DNA of 64,000 nt from sequence record MT446416.1; one strand, 5' to 3'. The position numbers and the translations under genes were made by a program. Positions within the stretch are counted from its first letter, which is position 1, and the number at the start of each line of letters is the position of its first letter. Under the pieces are notes generated by a model. The model saw nothing but the letters and a program-made list of their open reading frames with translations, was not told the DNA's origin and did no database searches. This document shows, piece by piece, positions 59,621 through 64,000 of this stretch.

Positions 59621-59637
59621 ATTATTTCTCCATGAAA

Positions 59638-59907
59638 TTATTCTAATACAACCAAATCCTTCCCCACCAAACATTGAAGCAATTTAACTATTGATTCGTT
59701 ACTATTATAAACAGAAACATAAGTAATGAAAAATGTTTCTCCATGCTCATCACGATATATACTGGCCCACGCATTTATACGATCTCGACCGAATACATCA
59801 ACAATTGAATCTTTTATAAATTTCCAGTACTTTTCAGTGGATTCATAATCAAGCGTTGGTTTCCCACAACGATATCTGTTATACATTACATTTATATTAT
59901 CATTCAT
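59638..59907 (-). CDS. hypothetical protein
   Basis: 89-aa ORF downstream of an extended -10 element. Confidence 0.55.
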   Translation of the reverse strand: MNDNINVMYNRYRCGKPTLDYESTEKYWKFIKDSIVDVFGRDRINAWASIYRDEHGETFFITYVSVYNSNESIVKLLQCLVGKDLVVLE

Positions 59908-59934
59908 GGTATATTCTCTTCTATTAATATTATC

Positions 59935-59945
59935 ATTATATCACA
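59935..59945 (-). promoter_or_regulatory. extended -10 promoter TGTGATATAAT
   Basis: Same element as in the clpA and AAA promoters; no clear -35. Confidence 0.55.
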
Positions 59946-59952
59946 GATAAAG

Positions 59953-59980
59953 AAAAAAGACCCCATATAGGAGTCTTTTT
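59953..59980 (-). terminator. intrinsic terminator
   Basis: GACTCC-TATAT-GGGGTC followed by a T tract on -. Confidence 0.65.
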
Positions 59981-59981
59981 A

Positions 59982-61976
59982 TTAATATTTTTTTGTGTAT
60001 TTTATATTACCAGAGTTGTAAATCTTATAATATCCCAATACATCACAGCAAATTTGTCTCTCAGTTAAGTTAATATCATGACCTTTCTTGACCAATTTAT
60101 GTTTTTGACATTTCTGACGTGAAATCCTCTCATGTGTTTGTGGGTCATAATAAAAATATCCGGGTTCTGTATAGCTATCAAACTCAAAGCCAAGAACTGT
60201 ATAAAGATCACCACTACTCCAATCCATATCCGCATATGTCAATAATGATTGTGGATTATATACTGTTTCAAAATATTTTAGTAATTTTGATGCACCACCA
60301 ACAACTGTACCGGATGAACAGTATCTGATTAATTCATATTCATAGTTTTTATCAAACCTTGATTTACCAAAGGTCATAACTGCAACTAAATCACTTCCAT
60401 AGTAAAGTCCAATGTGAATACTTGCTTGTGCAACACCTTGAATATGGTGTGATTTAGTAAACATATTACTTACTTGTTTGTCTATATTTCTAACAGTACA
60501 TTTTCTAGCATAAATTCTATTTGACACTAGAAGTTTATTCTTTAAACGTTCCTTGATAATTTTATTTGTTAATGGGTTATCCCATTCATCTTCATAAATG
60601 TGAATAAGATTCACCCCATGTTTTAAACAATCCAATACCTTATCTTGATGTTTAGTGGAATTTACATTTTCATCATTATGCCAATACACACCATTAAATT
60701 CAATAGCTAGATTACGGTCTGGGATATACACATCCAACTCTTTAGGTTTCAGCACTGAACGGTCGTTTTCTATAATTTGCATATTTTGTATTAATGATTT
60801 TATATAATCAACTAAATCTTTCTCTTTCAATGAATGACCATTATTTTTCTGACACTTACATTTCACTTTATGATTTTTATACTTACTATAAAACAATTCA
60901 TCACAATACTCACACCAAAATGGGTATTCGTCTGTATTAACTTTCATCATTAGGTCGGTGTTTTCAAATAATGGAATATAGTTTTTATCAATATTTGCAA
61001 CAATGATATTATATCTTTCGTCTAGACGAGCAAGTGACATTTTCTCTTTATACTCATCAGTCTGTGAGTAGTGTTCTGAACCATATCTATTTTTTGTGGT
61101 TTCTTTCATTTTTTCAATGATAGAATTATTTTGGGCTGGGTGTTTTACACCATATCGCTCCACATTGGTATTATGAACTTTTTCCTGAACACTCATATTG
61201 CTCATTGGGTAAAATGAATTATACTTCAACGTGTTGGTGTTTTTTATTTTATCTTGGACAATTTTATTTGATAGTGGATTGCCACCATATCGTTCAAGAT
61301 TTGTTTTATTGATTTTTTCACGAATCGTCGGTGATGATAAAGAATACTCAGCACCGTATCTTAATATATTTGTGTTTTTGGCTTTCTCTTTTACTTCATT
61401 TCTTTTGCTTTGGAATTCAACACCATACTTTTTTAAATTTGTTGCTTTTACTTTATTGAATATTTCAGAGTTTTGGTTTGGATATTCACAACCATATCGC
61501 TCTATATTAGTTTGTTTGATTTTATCTTTAGTTTCTGATGTTTGTAAATTAGATGAGACACCATAACGCTCAATGTTAGTTTTTTCTTTCTTTTGTTTTA
61601 CTTCTTGTATTTGGGACACATTAGATACACCATACATATCCATTAATGTTGATTTTGTTTTATTAGTTCGATTTTTATAATACATTTCATGGCATACATT
61701 ACATGTATTTTTCTTATTAATCACATAGTCATCACAAAATTTATAAAATCCTTTTTGGAAATTTTTGTATCTTGCTTTTTTTCCGCAATATGCAGTTGGA
61801 ACGGTTGTTATATCATTCATGAACATATATAGAATTTTATATATTTCGAAATCAGTTTTTGGTTCTATTCCAAAAGTAGAAAGGAGAACCCTCACACGAG
61901 AGTCCCCTTTGTATAAATGTACCCATGAATTAATATGTTTTGACAACAAAAGTTTTTTTAATTCTTCATTGTTCAT
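59982..61976 (-). mobile_element. freestanding Hef/Vsr-like homing endonuclease gene with 23-aa repeats and a C-terminal GNAT-like domain
   Basis: TNxERYG repeats; CEYC...CKC; KEKDL...ELDVYIPDRNLAIEFNGVYWH...HIYEDEW; C-terminal ELIRYCS...VVGGASKLLKYF...YAD...LY..LGF; AT-rich. Confidence 0.75.
61031..61649 (-). repeat. nine tandem ~23-aa repeats (TNxxRYG...)
   Basis: Counted in the translation; one unit is 22 aa. Confidence 0.85.
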
Positions 61977-62002
61977 ATAGTTCTCTTTTTAAATGTTTAA
62001 AT

Positions 62003-62794
62003 TTATCCGATAATCATTCCAAGTGGTTCCCCACCATCTTTATATCGCTTCAACTGTTCTTTTAGTTGTTCTTGTAATTGGATACCTTCATTTCTTAATG
62101 TATCACCATCCATTGAAAATGTCCCTTGCGGTCCAGGCAATGAAGCAAACTTAGCACGGTTACGACCAAGCATAATCATTGCTTCAGACAATGCCCAATC
62201 ACGAAGCCACGGGTAACTTTGCTGACGTTGGAATAACAATGGTTCTGGGATGTTATGATATACATGTAATAATACTTCTTCTGTACCACGAATATCACGA
62301 TCAATAATAAGTTTCTTAGTCATTTGGTTGAATTGGAATATAATTTCACGTCCAAACATACGACCAACCAATTCTTGAAATTGAAAGCTGAAATCATATG
62401 TTGTTAGGTCATATCCACCTGCATTCCTAGCAGACGTCAATAGATATGTATTTGTGAATGCCAATGAGAATGGGTCTACGCTGTTACCTGACCCAGAACT
62501 TAAATAACCATTACCATAACGATAAATCTTTTTAACAATTTCTACTTCTGTTGGTAGCATATATACCGATTGTGAATCATAAAATTTCATATTTAAAAAT
62601 GCTTCTTCTTTAGAAGCAGAACTCCACGCTCTGTAATTTGATACAGCATTATCAATTGCAATTTCTAATTGACCATCAGTAATTTCTACCTCAACTGCAC
62701 CTGCTCCCAACATTTGAGTGATAACATCTTTCAGTTTTTCACGATGATCAAAATTAGGAGCATCTGGGTTTCCACCCATATAATTGTAAGACAT
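62003..62794 (-). CDS. neck/head-tail adaptor gp13-like
   Basis: ITQMLGAGAVEVEITDGQLEIAIDNA...WLRDWALSEA..MLGRNRAKFASLPGPQG...DGDTL. Confidence 0.85.
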   Translation of the reverse strand: MSYNYMGGNPDAPNFDHREKLKDVITQMLGAGAVEVEITDGQLEIAIDNAVSNYRAWSSASKEEAFLNMKFYDSQSVYMLPTEVEIVKKIYRYGNGYLSSGSGNSVDPFSLAFTNTYLLTSARNAGGYDLTTYDFSFQFQELVGRMFGREIIFQFNQMTKKLIIDRDIRGTEEVLLHVYHNIPEPLLFQRQQSYPWLRDWALSEAMIMLGRNRAKFASLPGPQGTFSMDGDTLRNEGIQLQEQLKEQLKRYKDGGEPLGMIIG

Positions 62795-62800
62795 AAAAAA

Positions 62801-62842
62801 AGCACCTCATTAATGTTTATATATACATTATTTAGAGGTGCT
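62801..62842 (-). promoter_or_regulatory. late promoter (CTAAATA, 62829-62835) inside an RBS-sequestering hairpin of gp13
   Basis: AGCACCTC...GAGGTGCT 8-bp stem plus TAATGT/ACATTA inner stem; the 3' arm is the SD. Confidence 0.7.
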
Positions 62843-62847
62843 AATAC

Positions 62848-63075
62848 TTATTTTGAATTATACAAGCAGTACAGGTATACCAACGGAGTAAAATGTTCTG
62901 AATCTATAGCATATATTAACTGTGTAACATATATTCCGTATAAATCTCGACTTTTATCTCGGTACATTAACAATGAATTATTAAAGTATGGGTCAACCCA
63001 GTACTTTATATTATTTAACATCAATGTATTGTTTCTGTATCCTGATAATTTTAAGCATTTAGCCAACTTTTTCAC
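62848..63075 (-). CDS. hypothetical protein
   Basis: 75-aa ORF filling the gap; start uncertain (GTG 63075 or ATG 63021). Confidence 0.35.
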   Translation of the reverse strand: MKKLAKCLKLSGYRNNTLMLNNIKYWVDPYFNNSLLMYRDKSRDLYGIYVTQLIYAIDSEHFTPLVYLYCLYNSK

Positions 63076-63436
63076 AATTACTTAGTAAGTGTGTGATTAC
63101 ATCGGCAGTGAATGGTCCTAGAACTAAAACTTCTTCTCCATTACCGAAGATACTCAATGGTACAGATTGTTGTCCTGCTAGATATTCGATTTGTTCTAAT
63201 TCGAAAATGTCATCAGCAGCATAAACAACCTGTTCCATTTCATTATCTTTAATCCATGACTGCCAATGTTCTTTAAACTGCTTCGCTTCGTATTCCAGCA
63301 CATAGTTAGGTGATTCTGGATTGTACTGATGTAGCATTGTCATACCAGCCATGACCAGTTCTTTTGGTGATGGAGTAGAATCTTTCAGTACTACGATAGC
63401 TTGGATAGTTTTAACTTTAACGTTTTGAGCAGCCAT
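63059..63436 (-). CDS. PTH2 (peptidyl-tRNA hydrolase 2)-fold-like protein, apparently degenerate
   Basis: QAIVVLK...W...VVYAADDIFEL...LVLGP...ITHLL follows the PTH2 secondary-structure pattern; the DAGxT loop is missing. Confidence 0.4.
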   Translation of the reverse strand: MAAQNVKVKTIQAIVVLKDSTPSPKELVMAGMTMLHQYNPESPNYVLEYEAKQFKEHWQSWIKDNEMEQVVYAADDIFELEQIEYLAGQQSVPLSIFGNGEEVLVLGPFTADVITHLLSNCEKVG

Positions 63437-63448
63437 TAGATACCTCTA

Positions 63449-63757
63449 TTATAGAATGATTTTGTTATCAGGAACAATCAGTGCTGGTTTTTCTTCGATA
63501 GCCTTGATTGCTTCAACATAAGCTTCAACTAGTGCAGGGTTTGCATCACTGATGCTGATGATGTTGGATTTATAAAAAATAACGCCTTTTTCAGAACTAA
63601 TGAATTCTAGGTAATCACGTAGAATGATTTCACCTTGTTCGTCAGTACCTAGCTGTGCTGGGTAGTTAACTACTACTGCTTCAGGTGCATCATTTTGTAG
63701 AATTGCTAGTACTGGGCCAACGCTGTTGATGTTTAGTAGTTTAACGGTCATAGTCAT
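63449..63757 (-). CDS. small conserved phage protein (possible Sm-like fold)
   Basis: VKLLNI...VVNYPA...YKSNIISISDANPALVEAY; ATG 63757 fits the SD AGGA. Confidence 0.5.
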   Translation of the reverse strand: MTMTVKLLNINSVGPVLAILQNDAPEAVVVNYPAQLGTDEQGEIILRDYLEFISSEKGVIFYKSNIISISDANPALVEAYVEAIKAIEEKPALIVPDNKIIL

Positions 63758-63776
63758 TTTTGTCAAGTCCTTTTGT

Positions 63777-64000
63777 TTATTTTATAATGTATAAGTGTTT
63801 TTCTGCATTAACCAGTCTGTGGTCAATGATTTCTTTGATAACGTTCCAGTTACCACCGCCTAAATCGGCTCCAATTTTCGGGAAGTGTACATGAACAGTG
63901 CGTTCAACGTTACATAAGTAATTGAGTTGTTTGAAAACATCATCGATTGCATCATAACTCACATACTTAGAACCGTCATTACCATAGTACTTTTGGGTAA
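63777..64000 (-). CDS. macro-domain (ADP-ribose-binding, T4 Tk.4-like) protein, C-terminal part
   Basis: Open to the window edge: TQKYYGNDGSKYVSYDAI...FPKIGADLGGGNWNVIKEII. Confidence 0.8.
   Translation of the reverse strand, partial: TQKYYGNDGSKYVSYDAIDDVFKQLNYLCNVERTVHVHFPKIGADLGGGNWNVIKEIIDHRLVNAEKHLYIIK

Noticed and set aside
62669-63085. 138-aa plus-strand ORF
   Set aside because: Antisense to gp13 and its regulatory hairpin

Overview
A 64-kb AT-rich segment of a T4-related jumbo myovirus. Gene content, an ~890-aa sheath, a WcaM-like tailspike and a ClpA suggest an enterobacterial RaK2/GAP32/PBECO4-like phage; this is inferred from recognised motifs, not from a database search. The window is mostly the virion morphogenesis region. 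The baseplate block (gp48-, gp53-, hub-, gp5-, gp25-, gp6-like and a 3.3-kaa protein) runs on + from 0.5 to 21.8 kb. It is followed by neck gp14/gp15, a fibre/tailspike cluster (27.5-42 kb), probable head-associated acidic proteins, gp4, three tube-fold paralogues, the sheath and gp13. Interspersed are non-structural genes: a gp55-like late sigma (partial), ClpA, Nudix, thyA, a SLOG protein, a MoxR-AAA plus vWA-metallopeptidase pair, dNMP kinase, a PTH2-like protein and a macro domain (partial). Two freestanding homing-endonuclease-type genes are present. Regulatory grammar is visible: TAAATA late promoters, sigma70 promoters, intrinsic terminators, and hairpins that hide the RBS of the sheath and gp13 genes on read-through mRNA. 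I saw no tRNA, rRNA, CRISPR array, intron or intein. There is a 23-nt N gap (43200-43222) and two apparent single-base frameshifts. Several starts were moved from the ORF track to the ATG that has a Shine-Dalgarno site.
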